Shown: in pieces, positions 1 to 10,701 of the stretch | Layout of the letters: each line of letters opens with the position of its first letter | Numbering within the stretch: the first letter of the stretch is position 1 | Source: Abditibacteriaceae bacterium | Lineage (GTDB): Bacteria; Armatimonadota; Abditibacteriia; Abditibacteriales; Abditibacteriaceae | Length of the DNA stretch: 64,000 nt | Direction: 5' to 3' | Assembly: GCA_965277285.1 (NCBI GenBank) | Contig: OZ255721.1 | Location: 1,024,001-1,088,000 of the forward strand | Program-made: the position numbers and the translations under genes | Notes under the pieces: model-generated | Told to the model about the DNA's origin: nothing | Database searches by the model: none | What the model saw: the letters and a program-made list of their open reading frames with translations, nothing else

Positions 1-628
1 GACGAGCCAAGCGAGCGCAGTTTACGATATTTTAGAAAATCTCCGAAGCAATTCACACTAATTCCCATAGAACGCCAAGCATCAGCACAGGGCTTTAGAC
101 TTTGAAGCAAAGGCAACTTGCTGATGCAAAGTCTCAAGACCAAAATACCTTTAGCCTCGTTACACCCGGGCACACAAGCCAAGCGGTCACCGTGGACTTC
201 TTCACTGGCGCCAGAAAGAACTTAAAGAATTGGGTAAGCGGCTGCGCTTTGGCTTTCAAGCCCAACACCAGTTTGCGCGCGAAACGACCCACGCTAACGT
301 TCGGGTGGAACAACGCTTCTGTTCAGAACAAAGCCGTTTCGAGCGTTTAGATCGTGCTTTTGAACGCGGCATTTCGGCGGGACTCAAATCAACAAAATCT
401 TCGAGAAGTCGCAGCGCAACGGCAAAACGCCACACCAAAATCGTCATTGACGGCACGCACCTGATGAGCATAAAATTTTTTCCTCCAAGACCGAAGTTGC
501 ACCGCATTACGACACGTTCAAGTCACATTTCCAATGATTCCAGTGAAATTATTTCCGGTCGTTTTTCGATGAGGTAACTTTGTGCGGAGTTTCCGTTTTG
601 GTTGGCCGGACGGGTTAAAATACGTGCC

Positions 629-1243
629 ATGAATTGGGTTTATTTCGACGTGGAAACTGAGCGTTCGGCGGAAGAAGTCGGTGGCTGGCGCAACATCGAG
701 CAGTTGGGCGTGGCAGTCGCCGTGACTTGCGCCACGCACGATGACGCGAATGGCGAAGCGGTCTTCAAAACGTTTCGGCGCGAGCAAATCGGAGAACTTT
801 TGAAGGAATTACAAAGTGCTGATTGCGTGGTTGGTTTCAACACGCGCGGCTTTGATTTTCGCGTTTTGCAACCGTTCGCCAATTTCGATTTGCGCGCTTT
901 GCCCAACTTGGATTTGATGCTCGACTTGAAAGCCGTCGCCGGTTTTCGCCCCGGTCTGGGCAATTGTTGCGCGGCGACTTTCGGCGAATATAAGAGCAGC
1001 AACGGTTTGGAAAGTTTGCAATGGTGGCGCGAAGGTCGTCAGCAGGAAGTGATCGATTATTGCCAGCACGACGTTTTGCTGACGCGCCGCTTGCACGAGT
1101 TTGGCGCACAAAATGGCCACGTCAAATGCAAAGACAAAAGCGGCAGAATCCGTGTTTTACCAATCAATTGGACGTTGGACAATTTGCCGCCGCACGCGCT
1201 TTCCAACGGCGTCACGCCGTCCGCGCAAGGCTCGTTGTTTTAA
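629..1243 (+). CDS. RNase H-like / DEDD 3'-5' exonuclease-fold protein (YprB/RNase_H_2-like)
   Basis: YFDVET, VVGFN...FDF and YCQHDV motifs; ATG 629 lies 7 nt after a TAAAAT box. Confidence 0.75.
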   Translation: MNWVYFDVETERSAEEVGGWRNIEQLGVAVAVTCATHDDANGEAVFKTFRREQIGELLKELQSADCVVGFNTRGFDFRVLQPFANFDLRALPNLDLMLDLKAVAGFRPGLGNCCAATFGEYKSSNGLESLQWWREGRQQEVIDYCQHDVLLTRRLHEFGAQNGHVKCKDKSGRIRVLPINWTLDNLPPHALSNGVTPSAQGSLF

Positions 1244-1875
1244 GTTTCCGCCTGATTCGAGTACTCGATTGGCGCCATAGAACGCATCGCCAGCAGCGCG
1301 AGGTTGATGACGCCCAGCAAAACGATAACAGTTGTCAGGCCGCCGTAAATGCCATGCAGTTTGCGGAACTCAGCGCGATCTTGCGGCGAAGCGTAATGTC
1401 CGGCTTGAATTGTCATTTTCGTCGGGTTGATGCTGGAGGTTCCATCGGAGGCTGCGACGTTTTCGCTTGCTAAAACGGTTTGTTGCAACGGCGGCTGCAA
1501 AGCGCGAATGCGCGGCTCGGCGACCAGCGCGAGATAAGCGGCAAAAAGCAACATTATAATGCTGCAGAAACCCTGCGCGCGCAAAGAACGCCGCAAAGCA
1601 ACACTTCGAGTACTCGATTTCACCAACGCGTTCTCCCACAGCCACGCCGCAAATAAAACAATGGCGCAGACTAAAGAAACTGGCCCCAACGTTTCCAATA
1701 TCGCGCCGATGATGCGCGGCCCCAGCACGCGATTGATTTTGAAAATCGCGGGCGCCGCAATTCCAATCAGCGTTAAACCGCCGATCCAGATTGTCAGCGA
1801 AAGCAAAGCGAAAAAGCGCGCCAGACCGAGGGCGCGAGAAGAAGAACGAGAAATCACAGCGTCAGTTTGACACAA
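1240..1875 (-). CDS. DUF4149-like membrane protein
   Basis: Four hydrophobic segments, WIGG...AAPAIF and FRKLHG motifs; start uncertain. Confidence 0.6.
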   Translation of the reverse strand: MCQTDAVISRSSSRALGLARFFALLSLTIWIGGLTLIGIAAPAIFKINRVLGPRIIGAILETLGPVSLVCAIVLFAAWLWENALVKSSTRSVALRRSLRAQGFCSIIMLLFAAYLALVAEPRIRALQPPLQQTVLASENVAASDGTSSINPTKMTIQAGHYASPQDRAEFRKLHGIYGGLTTVIVLLGVINLALLAMRSMAPIEYSNQAET

Positions 1876-1954
1876 TGAAGAGCGACTGATTTGAAGCTAC
1901 GAACGATAACGACGTCGTAAAAAGTCGAATTGTGATGATGCTTATTGTCCGCAG

Positions 1955-2620
1955 TCATGGATGGTGTCTGTCGGTACTTCGGAAGACAAAGCGGTTGCTG
2001 CCATCAGGATCGAGAATAATTTGTTGTCCCGCTGGATGCACGATTACAACTTCCAGCAAACCATAAGGATCAGGCTCAGGAGCGAGGTCGCCCCACACGC
2101 CGTAGCGCCACGCGATTCCCTTTTGTAGGGCATCATCATAAACCATGAAGTGCTTGGTTCCCGGATAACCGCCCGGATCGCGGCTGCCGCGCTGGTCATC
2201 CGTGGAGCGAAACGGCTTGAACTGCTTTGACCACGCGACGCTGCTGTTACGCGTTGATAAACGGCTAAAAGTCGCAAAGCGCGGCGAATTGATCTCGATC
2301 TGACTGACGCGATTGTGGCGAAAGTCAACCGTCAGGAAATTCCATTTCCAATAGATTCCCTGTTCCCAATCGGCGCGCGAAGTTTTTCGACGGCTCAACC
2401 AAGTTTCCTGAAGCACGCCATTGCCCAAACGACGCACGCGATCTGGAAAACGCAAACTCTTATGAAGAATTTGGCGGCTCATCCCCAAAGTAACCGCGCC
2501 GATACGTTGTCCGGGAACAATGCGAAAATCGTTCGCCTGAGCGGAAGCCGTGAGCGCCATCCACAAGCCAAAGCAGAAAAGGCATGTGGTGTATCGAGGT
2601 GACGTTTTTCTTCTCTGCAT
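1955..2620 (-). CDS. hypothetical exported protein
   Basis: 221-aa ORF with signal peptide (ASAQA) and IVPGQRIGAVTLGMS motif. Confidence 0.6.
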   Translation of the reverse strand: MQRRKTSPRYTTCLFCFGLWMALTASAQANDFRIVPGQRIGAVTLGMSRQILHKSLRFPDRVRRLGNGVLQETWLSRRKTSRADWEQGIYWKWNFLTVDFRHNRVSQIEINSPRFATFSRLSTRNSSVAWSKQFKPFRSTDDQRGSRDPGGYPGTKHFMVYDDALQKGIAWRYGVWGDLAPEPDPYGLLEVVIVHPAGQQIILDPDGSNRFVFRSTDRHHP

Positions 2621-2712
2621 CGCCTTGTTAGCACCTCAAGCCATTTCCCAATTTCGATTGCCAAAGTAGATTTATCGAGTACTCGATACACGCTTTGAGT
2701 ATTGGCGCTCAA

Positions 2713-5202
2713 TTACGATGCAGCCAATTTCTTATTTTTGCGCCAGTTGAGCGTTGTTTTCCAAACGCCGCAGTCAATAAAAATCTGCACCAGCGCGGGT
2801 TCAAGATGTCCGGCGTCCGCTTCGGCGCGCAGAATTTGAATCGCGTCTTCGCTGCTGCGGGCGCGTTGATAAGGGCGGTCGTTGGAAGTCAGCGCGTCGT
2901 AAGTGTCGCAAACGGCGATAATGCGCGATTGCAGCGGGATTTCCGCACTTTTCAAGCCGCGCGGATAACCGCTGCCGTCACAACGTTCGTGGTGGCAATA
3001 AGCGATTTGCGGAATGAGGGCGAAATCGCGCGTCCACGGAATCTTCTTCAAAAACTCGAAGCTGTGCGTGACATGGCGCTCGACGTCGCGGCGTTCCTGC
3101 GCGCTCAAACTGCCTTCGCGCACCGAAAGACAACGCAATTCGTGATCGGTGAGCAGCGGCAAAGCGCGTCGCTTGCGATCCCAGAAGAATGTCTGGCACA
3201 AGCGCCCCAGAATGCCACGATACGCTTTGAATTCGTCGTCTAACCAGTGGGAAAGCGGATTGTTGACGCGCATCACAGTGCTCAGCGCTTCGTCCAATTC
3301 TTTGGTTTCACGTTGCGCGACCTTGTCCCATTCGACAAAACGTGCGAAAGAACGCTCGATGTCGCTGTCGTTTTCCCCTGCAATCAACGTTTCATATTTG
3401 CGTTGCAGCAAGTCGCGCTCGCGCAGCGCACGCACCAGATCGAAGCGCATCCGCAACACTTCCAGTTCCTGAGGATGCAGTTTGTTGCACTTGAGCAAAA
3501 CATCTTCATGCACGATGATTTTGCCGAAATCGTGCAACAACGCCGCGTAATGCAGTTCCTTAAATTGCGCCGCCGAAAAAACGACTTCGCCCAGAAGCGG
3601 CGTTTTGGCTTCGCTGACCGAGCGCGCCAATTCCGTACTCAGTATCGCCACGCGTTCGGAATGCCCACTGGTCACCGGATCACGTTGCTCGATGGTGCGC
3701 GCCGTGGCGGTCACAAAACCGTCGAACAAGTCTTCAACGCTGCCGTGCAAACTGGAATTCTCCATCGCCACTGCGACCTGGCGCGCCAGAGAAACCGCGA
3801 GTTCCACCGCATCGCCATTGAACGGCAACACGTCGCCAGAAAGGTTCGTCTTGGCCGATAACGTCGTCTTCATCGAACGGTTCGTTTTCGTCGAATGCAG
3901 TGTTGCGGGTTCCACCGTGCGCTTGCAGTTGAGCAATTGCAGAACGCCGAAAATTTCGCCATCGTGCGTTCTCAAAGGCACTGCCATCAAACTCATGGTC
4001 TGATAATTGTTGCTCTGGTCGAAAGCAGCATCGAATACAAAGGGCGCATTTTGCGGCAAATGATAAGCATCGGCGACGCAAACCGTTTCGCCCGTGCGCG
4101 CCACATAAGCGATGAGCGACGATCCGCCCAGCGGGAAAAGGTGGTCGCATTTCAGTTCGTCTTGCGAAGAGCGCCAATCGCCTTGCGCCATTTCAAAGCA
4201 CAGACAACTTTCGCCCTGCGCGTCGCTTTGCAGCAAATAAAACGCGGAGACATCGGCGCCTGTGATGGAACGGCTGTGCGTCAGAATGATTTGCAGCAAT
4301 GCGCGACGGTCGCGTTCGCCAGAAAACTCATCGCTCGCCGCGTTGAGTTGATGCAAATGCGCCGATTGCAATTGGCGCTCGCGCTCGAGTAGTGCGACCT
4401 GACGTTGCAACGCGCTGTGCCGCAATCCGCTGCGCGCAAGATGAAAAAGAGCTTCGCTTCCAATCGTCTCGTTGTGACAAAGGCGCGCGAAAAGCTCCGG
4501 CATTGAAGCCTCGCCCGTTGTCGAAGCCTCGTCCTTTACGGAAGATTCGTCGGTGGCGCTGCTTTCGCCAAGCAAAATCAACGCAGCGCCATCGTAAAAA
4601 CGGCTCCAAAGACTTTGCGCCAGGCTTGTCTCGTCGAGCAGCAACACGCAATCGCATTGCCCGATATTTGTCGTTCGCGCTTCAACGAACGACAGACAGC
4701 GCACGCCCGTATTTTCCAATTGAGCACGCAATGTCAACGAAGGTTTCGACGAGAAAGGCTGCTCTAAAATTGTGCGCAGCGAAGACGCGTAAATTAAAAC
4801 CATGCCTGCGGAAGATAAAGTTGGTGAAATATCCTCGTGCATCACGTTCGAGTTCCCGTTTCTCGCCACGTTCGAGTACTCGATTGGCGGGGACGATTTT
4901 CTATCGCCATCGGCGCAAAGTCGCGCGCCTGCGGTGCCATTGCACGGCGCCAGGTTGCGGTGCAGTGTGCGGTGCAGCGCAGGTTTTATTTTCTGCGCCG
5001 CTTCATTTTCCCCAGTCGCACTTCGGCTGACCTCGTTTTCGCCGCCGAGGTTTCTGCACATCCTATTTTCTTTCACATCTTTGTTGTGGTCGTAAGAAAG
5101 CGAGGATACGTCTTCAAGCGCTGTTCTCATGCTGGCCTCGACTGCGCGCAATCGAAAATTGTTCCTGCGCGGTTTGGAACTTCGTTCCTTTTCTTTTTCC
5201 AT
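2713..5202 (-). CDS. GAF + HD-GYP domain c-di-GMP phosphodiesterase
   Basis: GAF domain, GHSERVA, LLHDFGKI, HHERCDGSGYPRGL; true start may be downstream. Confidence 0.85.
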   Translation of the reverse strand: MEKEKERSSKPRRNNFRLRAVEASMRTALEDVSSLSYDHNKDVKENRMCRNLGGENEVSRSATGENEAAQKIKPALHRTLHRNLAPCNGTAGARLCADGDRKSSPPIEYSNVARNGNSNVMHEDISPTLSSAGMVLIYASSLRTILEQPFSSKPSLTLRAQLENTGVRCLSFVEARTTNIGQCDCVLLLDETSLAQSLWSRFYDGAALILLGESSATDESSVKDEASTTGEASMPELFARLCHNETIGSEALFHLARSGLRHSALQRQVALLERERQLQSAHLHQLNAASDEFSGERDRRALLQIILTHSRSITGADVSAFYLLQSDAQGESCLCFEMAQGDWRSSQDELKCDHLFPLGGSSLIAYVARTGETVCVADAYHLPQNAPFVFDAAFDQSNNYQTMSLMAVPLRTHDGEIFGVLQLLNCKRTVEPATLHSTKTNRSMKTTLSAKTNLSGDVLPFNGDAVELAVSLARQVAVAMENSSLHGSVEDLFDGFVTATARTIEQRDPVTSGHSERVAILSTELARSVSEAKTPLLGEVVFSAAQFKELHYAALLHDFGKIIVHEDVLLKCNKLHPQELEVLRMRFDLVRALRERDLLQRKYETLIAGENDSDIERSFARFVEWDKVAQRETKELDEALSTVMRVNNPLSHWLDDEFKAYRGILGRLCQTFFWDRKRRALPLLTDHELRCLSVREGSLSAQERRDVERHVTHSFEFLKKIPWTRDFALIPQIAYCHHERCDGSGYPRGLKSAEIPLQSRIIAVCDTYDALTSNDRPYQRARSSEDAIQILRAEADAGHLEPALVQIFIDCGVWKTTLNWRKNKKLAAS

Positions 5203-5241
5203 AGACCACCAAAGATTTACCAGGAAGATACCGCAGCACGA

Positions 5242-6177
5242 TTAAGCGTTTTTTAACGCTTCGCGGAAATACTCCAGCGTCGTCGAAAGTCCTTCTTGCA
5301 GTTCGATTTTGGGTTCCCAGCCCAAAACTTCGCGCGCCTTGGAAATATCGGGGCGACGCTGTTTCGGGTCGTCTTGCGGCAAAGGCCGATATTCGATGGT
5401 CGATTTGGTGCCCGTCATTTCCAGCACTTTGTGCGCGAAATCAAGAACCGTAAATTCCGTCGGATTGCCGACGTTGGTCGGCAGGTTTTCCTTCGACATC
5501 ATCAGGCGATAAATGCCATCGACCAAATCCGAGACATAGCAGAACGAGCGCGTCTGGCTGCCGTCGCCGTAAATCGTCAAAGGTTCGCCCAAAATCGCCT
5601 GCTTCATGAAGTTGGGCACGATGCGACCGTCGTTCAAGCGCATGCGCGGCCCATACGTGTTGAAGATGCGCACGATTTTGGTGTCGATCTGGTGCATACG
5701 GTGATACGCCATCACAATCGCTTCGGCGAAACGCTTGGCTTCGTCGTAGCAGCCGCGCGGCCCAATCGTGTTGACGTTGCCCCAATAATCTTCGCGCTGC
5801 GGATGCTGATGCGGATCGCCATAAATCTCGCTCGTCGAGGCCAACAGCAAGCCGGCGCCTTTGGCACGCGCCAAACCCAAAGCGTTGTGCGTTCCCAGAG
5901 CGCCGACTTTGAGTGTTTGAATCGGCAGTTCCAGGTAGTCGACGGGACTGGCGGGGCTGGCGAAGTGCAGAATGAAATCGACCGCGCCATCAACGTAAAC
6001 GCCGTCGCTGATGTTTTGATTCGAGTACTCGAACTTGGGCGTTTTGATGTGCGCGATATTCGCTTCGCTGCCTGTGACGAGGTTATCGACCGCGACAACT
6101 TCGTGGCCTTCGGCCAGGCAACGATCACACAAATGAGAGCCGACGAAACCGGCTCCGCCTGTGACTACAATACGCAT
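5242..6177 (-). CDS. UDP-glucuronic acid decarboxylase family SDR (NAD-dependent epimerase/dehydratase)
   Basis: [35 protein letters not shown]. Confidence 0.92.
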   Translation of the reverse strand: MRIVVTGGAGFVGSHLCDRCLAEGHEVVAVDNLVTGSEANIAHIKTPKFEYSNQNISDGVYVDGAVDFILHFASPASPVDYLELPIQTLKVGALGTHNALGLARAKGAGLLLASTSEIYGDPHQHPQREDYWGNVNTIGPRGCYDEAKRFAEAIVMAYHRMHQIDTKIVRIFNTYGPRMRLNDGRIVPNFMKQAILGEPLTIYGDGSQTRSFCYVSDLVDGIYRLMMSKENLPTNVGNPTEFTVLDFAHKVLEMTGTKSTIEYRPLPQDDPKQRRPDISKAREVLGWEPKIELQEGLSTTLEYFREALKNA

Positions 6178-6209
6178 AAAAAGGACTCCACAATGTCAAA
6201 ATTTGAGCT

Positions 6210-6882
6210 TCAATGAGCTTCAAGAGGAACGCGATGTCTCAAAGCGCCGCGTCTTATTATGGCAGAACGCTTGAGCATGTTGTCAGCTAAGGTAAGACTA
6301 AGAGTCGCCGACGCGACCCATATGAGGCAAATCGTTTGCGATGTGACGCCGCGCAACAAACACGCCCACAAAATCGGCCAATGCAGCAGATACAAAGGAT
6401 AACTACAATCGCCCAGGAAATTGAGGACTATTCCAAAGCGCGGCGACAAGCTGAATTGGTGCGAATTGATCAGCAACAACGCCGTTGCGCCAACTGTTAC
6501 GAAACCCAAATATCCAGGCGATTCGGTGTAAGCTGACACGCACAAAACCGGCAAGACAACGAGCACGATGCGAAACGCCCGCTGTGAGTTTGATGGTAAA
6601 AATCAAAACGATGGACAGGAGGAGTGAGGCGACGTAAATCGGATAAATACGCCAAAAACGACGCGCGAAATAGCCGCGCCCATCGCGCAGAATCGAAAGA
6701 TGAATCGAATAGCCGCTGATGAGAAAAAACGCGATAACCGCTGAAAACGCGTTGAACTGCTCGGCGAAATTTGAAATCAGGCCACGCGCAACAATCGACA
6801 AGTGACACAACAAAACGATGACACTCAAGACAAAACGCGCGCCCGCCAAAACCGCCCAATGCGTCCGATTTTCGTCTTTCAA
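6210..6882 (-). pseudogene. OafA-type acyltransferase (Acyl_transf_3), frameshifted and internally deleted
   Basis: N-terminal motifs (FFLISGY, RRFWRIYP) are in one frame and the C-terminal motif (LGDCSYPLYLLHWP) is in another; total length is well below a typical family member. Confidence 0.7.
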
Positions 6883-7001
6883 CGAAGGCTCCCCAAGCCG
6901 CGCTTGCAGCGATCTGTAGTTTTCAAATCGAGTACTCGATCTTTGCGCTTGTCGCTAAAACTTTGCAGCTAAACACGTTTGCGCCACACTAAGTTTGCTT
7001 T

Positions 7002-7913
7002 ATGAATGCAAAATTTCTCTTCACCAAAATGCACGGCACGGGCAACGATTTCGTCGTGTTGAACGATTTTCGCCAAACTCTGCCCAACAATTTCGATTTC
7101 GCATCATTCGCTCAGCAATCGTGCGCGCGCAATTTCGGCATCGGCGCCGACGGCTTACTCCTCTTGACCAAACCAGATACGAACGCGCAAAAACACGGCG
7201 CGCAAATCCGCATGAGAATGTGGAATCCCGACGGTAGCGAAGATATGTGCGGCAACGGTCTGCGCTGCATCGCACAATTGGCGCACCGAAGTGGCGCCGT
7301 TTCAACTTCGCAATTTACGGCGCAAACTTTGGCCGGCTTGCGCGATTGCGAAGTATTGGAAGACGGCAACGTGCGCGTCGCAATGGGACAACCTTCGTTC
7401 GATTTCGCCACCATTCCTTTTGCGCCATCGGCACACCTCAAAAGTTCCATCGAGTACTCGATAGCGGTTGGCGAAGAAATTTTGCCGCACGTTTCAACAC
7501 TTTCTACGGGCAGCACGCACACAATTATCTTTGTCTATGAATTGCCAAACGACGAAATGTTTCTGCGATTGAGTCCGCAAATTGAAAATCACGCGTGGTT
7601 TCCCCAGCGCACGTCAATTATGTGGGCGCAGGTTCTCGACCGCGAAAACATTCGCCTGCGCATCTGGGAACGTGGCGTGGCCGACGAAAAAAGCGGCGCG
7701 ACCGGCGAAACTCTGGCGTGCGGAACCGGCGCCTGCGCGACTGCCGTTGCCGCGCAAATGACCCATCGTTGCGGCGAAACTGTGCGCATCCATTCGCGCG
7801 GTGGCGAGTTAAAAATCAGTTGGCGCGAAGGTGGAGAAATCCACATGACAGGCGCGGCGAAAGTTGTTTACGAAGGAAATTGGATCAGCGAAAAATGGAA
7901 TGCAGCACGGTGA
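7002..7913 (+). CDS. dapF: diaminopimelate epimerase
   Basis: KMHGTGNDF, GIGADG, MCGNGLRC, ETLACGTGACA. Confidence 0.95.
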   Translation: MNAKFLFTKMHGTGNDFVVLNDFRQTLPNNFDFASFAQQSCARNFGIGADGLLLLTKPDTNAQKHGAQIRMRMWNPDGSEDMCGNGLRCIAQLAHRSGAVSTSQFTAQTLAGLRDCEVLEDGNVRVAMGQPSFDFATIPFAPSAHLKSSIEYSIAVGEEILPHVSTLSTGSTHTIIFVYELPNDEMFLRLSPQIENHAWFPQRTSIMWAQVLDRENIRLRIWERGVADEKSGATGETLACGTGACATAVAAQMTHRCGETVRIHSRGGELKISWREGGEIHMTGAAKVVYEGNWISEKWNAAR

Positions 7914-8313
7914 CAAAACCGATTAAGATAAGAGCACCGATGCAAAAGAGAAACAGACCGCAACCGACAAAGCCCAAGGTATTTCGTATTTTTTCTTTGA
8001 AGGTTCTTTCACGCGGAACATACTCAACTTTTTTCAAATTTTCATTGCGCTCAAAGCTCTCGATTATCACATCAGAAGAAGGAGCACAAAGGTTATCGTC
8101 GAGAATAACACCAACTTCGAGCGAATCGCGTATTTGAGGTTCAATAGCAGCCAGCATGAAAAATCGCGCCATGCGCAGAAACCCGCCGCGAGTTCCGACA
8201 ACGCGATGAGCGTTGGACTCGGCGGATACAGGAACAAACTTAACACCTATACTCGATTTCGAGGCTTCGGCACGCAACGCTTCAGTAACCTTATCAATTT
8301 CTTCATCCGTCAT
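7885..8313 (-). CDS. hypothetical protein with C-terminal TM helix
   Basis: 142-aa ORF, GAGGTG RBS upstream. Confidence 0.55.
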   Translation of the reverse strand: MTDEEIDKVTEALRAEASKSSIGVKFVPVSAESNAHRVVGTRGGFLRMARFFMLAAIEPQIRDSLEVGVILDDNLCAPSSDVIIESFERNENLKKVEYVPRERTFKEKIRNTLGFVGCGLFLFCIGALILIGFVTVLHSIFR

Positions 8314-8331
8314 ACATTCACCTCAATACTC

Positions 8332-8368
8332 AAAAGCAGCGCACAGAAACCTTCTGTGCGCTGCTTTT
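8332..8368. terminator. intrinsic terminator downstream of the S1 gene
   Basis: AAAAGCAGCGCACAGAA-acc-TTCTGTGCGCTGCTTTT. Confidence 0.7.
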
Positions 8369-8388
8369 ATAAGAATCGAGTACTCGAT

Positions 8389-8856
8389 TTAGCGGGCTTT
8401 TTTGCCTCCGCGCTTGTTTTCGATGTTGCGTTTGAGGTCGCTCAAGCGTTCGCTGCTCTGGCGCGTGAATTCGCCCATCTTTTCTTCAAACGAGGAGCGC
8501 GATTCGCGGCGCGGGCCGTCGCTTCCACCGCCGCCACGATATTCACCGCGACTTTCGGGGCGTGCTTCGCGCGGCGCATCGCCTTCGGCAGACGGTTGGC
8601 GTTGCGGCAACGATTGGCCTTCGCCCAAAGCCTGTTTCACCGACAGCTCGATTTTGCCGCGGTCACCCGTATTCAACACGCGAACCGAAACGGGATCGTT
8701 CACGCCAAAATAATCGGCGACATCGCGCACGTAATTTTGATCGATTTCCGAAATGTGAACCAAACCTGTCTGGCCGTCTTCCAAGCGCACCAACACGCCA
8801 TACGGCAACAAGCGAACGACCGTACCCTGCACAATCTGACCAGTCTCAACCGCCAT
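8389..8856 (-). CDS. S1 RNA-binding domain protein (YugI/YabR-like)
   Basis: GTVVRLLPYGVLV, GLVHISEI, KIELSVKQ, SFEEKM tail; AGGAG RBS. Confidence 0.88.
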   Translation of the reverse strand: MAVETGQIVQGTVVRLLPYGVLVRLEDGQTGLVHISEIDQNYVRDVADYFGVNDPVSVRVLNTGDRGKIELSVKQALGEGQSLPQRQPSAEGDAPREARPESRGEYRGGGGSDGPRRESRSSFEEKMGEFTRQSSERLSDLKRNIENKRGGKKAR

Positions 8857-8982
8857 AAAACAGACCGACTCCTTGAAATGCAACTCAATGTAGATTTTGC
8901 TCTTCAATTTCAACAGAAGAAAACATAACCATTATAACGCGTCAGAGAAATGTGTGGAAGGTTCAGAGAAAGATGACGCAAC

Positions 8983-9402
8983 TTATAATTCAGGCGGAGT
9001 TAGTTTTCCTATAGCGTAGCCTCCAAGCAGCGAAGTGAGAAAGATCGGGACGCCGAATAATCCTATTCGATTCCAGATGCTGGGTATAATGGCGATTTCG
9101 TAAATGGCTCCCAAAGCAGTGACAGCGCCAATAACAGCTCCAATTTTCACCGAGAGCGGCAACAGTTCAGACATCCTCTTTCTTTTAAGGAAATGGAAGA
9201 CGGCGAGATGAACACTTCCCACTACACCCATAATAGGAACAGTTTTCACTAAGAAGAATGCCGCAAAAAAGAAAAAATTCGTTAAAGTATTACCAATCTC
9301 CGGACTGAAGTTACCTGTAAATGCACAGAAAAGCGCAAAGTCAGCCGTGACAAACAAGACCCACAAAATCGGATAAACAAGAAGAGAATTCAAAATCCTC
9401 AT
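8983..9402 (-). CDS. hypothetical membrane protein
   Basis: Four hydrophobic helices; lower-GC ORF. Confidence 0.55.
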   Translation of the reverse strand: MRILNSLLVYPILWVLFVTADFALFCAFTGNFSPEIGNTLTNFFFFAAFFLVKTVPIMGVVGSVHLAVFHFLKRKRMSELLPLSVKIGAVIGAVTALGAIYEIAIIPSIWNRIGLFGVPIFLTSLLGGYAIGKLTPPEL

Positions 9403-9465
9403 AAATCACCTATAGCAAAAACTCTTTACAACACTCAATTTCTTGGCGGCTTGGCGGTTTTCGTC

Positions 9466-10701
9466 TCACGCGCGCGGATGGGCTTTGCGGAAACTTTCGC
9501 GCAAGTGTTGGGTTTCGACGTGCGTATAAATCTGCGTTGTGGCGATGTCGGCGTGACCCAGCATTTCCTGAATGGCGCGCAAATCGGCGCCGCCTTGCAA
9601 CAAATGTGTCGCAAAACTGTGGCGCAACGTATGCGGCGAAACCCAGGTCGGCAAATCGCAGCGTCGCGCGTGTTCCTTGACAATCGTGCCCAGCGAAACC
9701 CGCGACAAAGGCGCGCCGCGTTCGCCGACAAATAATTGCTGCACCACGCGCCGCGCTCTGGTTGTCGCCGCACTTCGAGTACTCGATTTCACAATTGCAA
9801 TCTGCGCGATTCCACTTTGCGCATTTGCGTTTTGCGCATTCGAGGACAGCAAATGCGGATTTGCGCCCAGCGAACCCGAAGCGTCAGCGAGGGAGCCGAC
9901 GAGGCTGTAACTTTGCTTTCTCGCTATCGGTTCGGGTTCGCTTAAAGACACTGGCGCGTCAAGACTTTGCGCGCTTTCAATTCGAGTACTCGATTGCGTT
10001 TTGTCGTTGTCCAGCAGTTTCGGTCGCGCGAAACTTGTGTAATCTTCGACGGCTTTTTGAGCGACTTCGCCTAACGGCACGACGCGTTCTTTGCGTCCTT
10101 TGCCGCGGCATTTGACGAAGCCGCCTTCCATATCGAAATCGCTCAAGCGCAAGGCGCACAGTTCCGATGCGCGCAAGCCGCTGCCATAAAGCATTTCCAG
10201 CAAAGCGCGGTCACGCACGCCAAGCGGCGTCATGTTGGATGGCGCATCGAGCAAAGCGCGAATTTGTTCGGGCGCCAGAACGTGCGGCAAGCGGCGCGGC
10301 AGTTTGGCGGAATCCAGCCGCGCCGTCGGATTGGTGTAGTTGCGTTCGCGGGCGAGAAACTTGTGCCAGGCGCGTACGCTCGCCATTTTGCGCGCGATGC
10401 TGGCCGGCGCATACGCTTTCCCGTTGCTGGAAACCTGTGGCGAGGCCGCGCGCAAATCGTGCGCAAATCTCAGAACGTGAGAGGCTTCGACTTCTTTGAC
10501 GGACGCCACGCCGATGTTTTGCAACCAACCGACGTATTGCTCCAAATCGCGGCGATACGCTTCGGCAGTATGAACCGAAAACCCGCGTTCCGCGCGCGCA
10601 TGATCGACAAACTCTTCGACATCGCGCGCCAAAGTTTGCCGAATGCGTTCAGTTCGCGCGTCTTCAACGGGAGATTGAGTAGTCGATTGGGTAAGAGGCA
10701 T
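9466..10701 (-). CDS. xerD: site-specific tyrosine recombinase XerD with ~85-aa insertion
   Basis: SAM-like N-domain (AYRRDL), RDRALLEMLYGSGLRASEL, GKGRKER, HTLRHSFATHLL, LGHADIATTQIYTHV. Confidence 0.85.
   Translation of the reverse strand: MPLTQSTTQSPVEDARTERIRQTLARDVEEFVDHARAERGFSVHTAEAYRRDLEQYVGWLQNIGVASVKEVEASHVLRFAHDLRAASPQVSSNGKAYAPASIARKMASVRAWHKFLARERNYTNPTARLDSAKLPRRLPHVLAPEQIRALLDAPSNMTPLGVRDRALLEMLYGSGLRASELCALRLSDFDMEGGFVKCRGKGRKERVVPLGEVAQKAVEDYTSFARPKLLDNDKTQSSTRIESAQSLDAPVSLSEPEPIARKQSYSLVGSLADASGSLGANPHLLSSNAQNANAQSGIAQIAIVKSSTRSAATTRARRVVQQLFVGERGAPLSRVSLGTIVKEHARRCDLPTWVSPHTLRHSFATHLLQGGADLRAIQEMLGHADIATTQIYTHVETQHLRESFRKAHPRA

Noticed and set aside
1..600. Short ORFs at the window start
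   Set aside because: No recognisable motifs and mutually overlapping frames; cannot be assigned.
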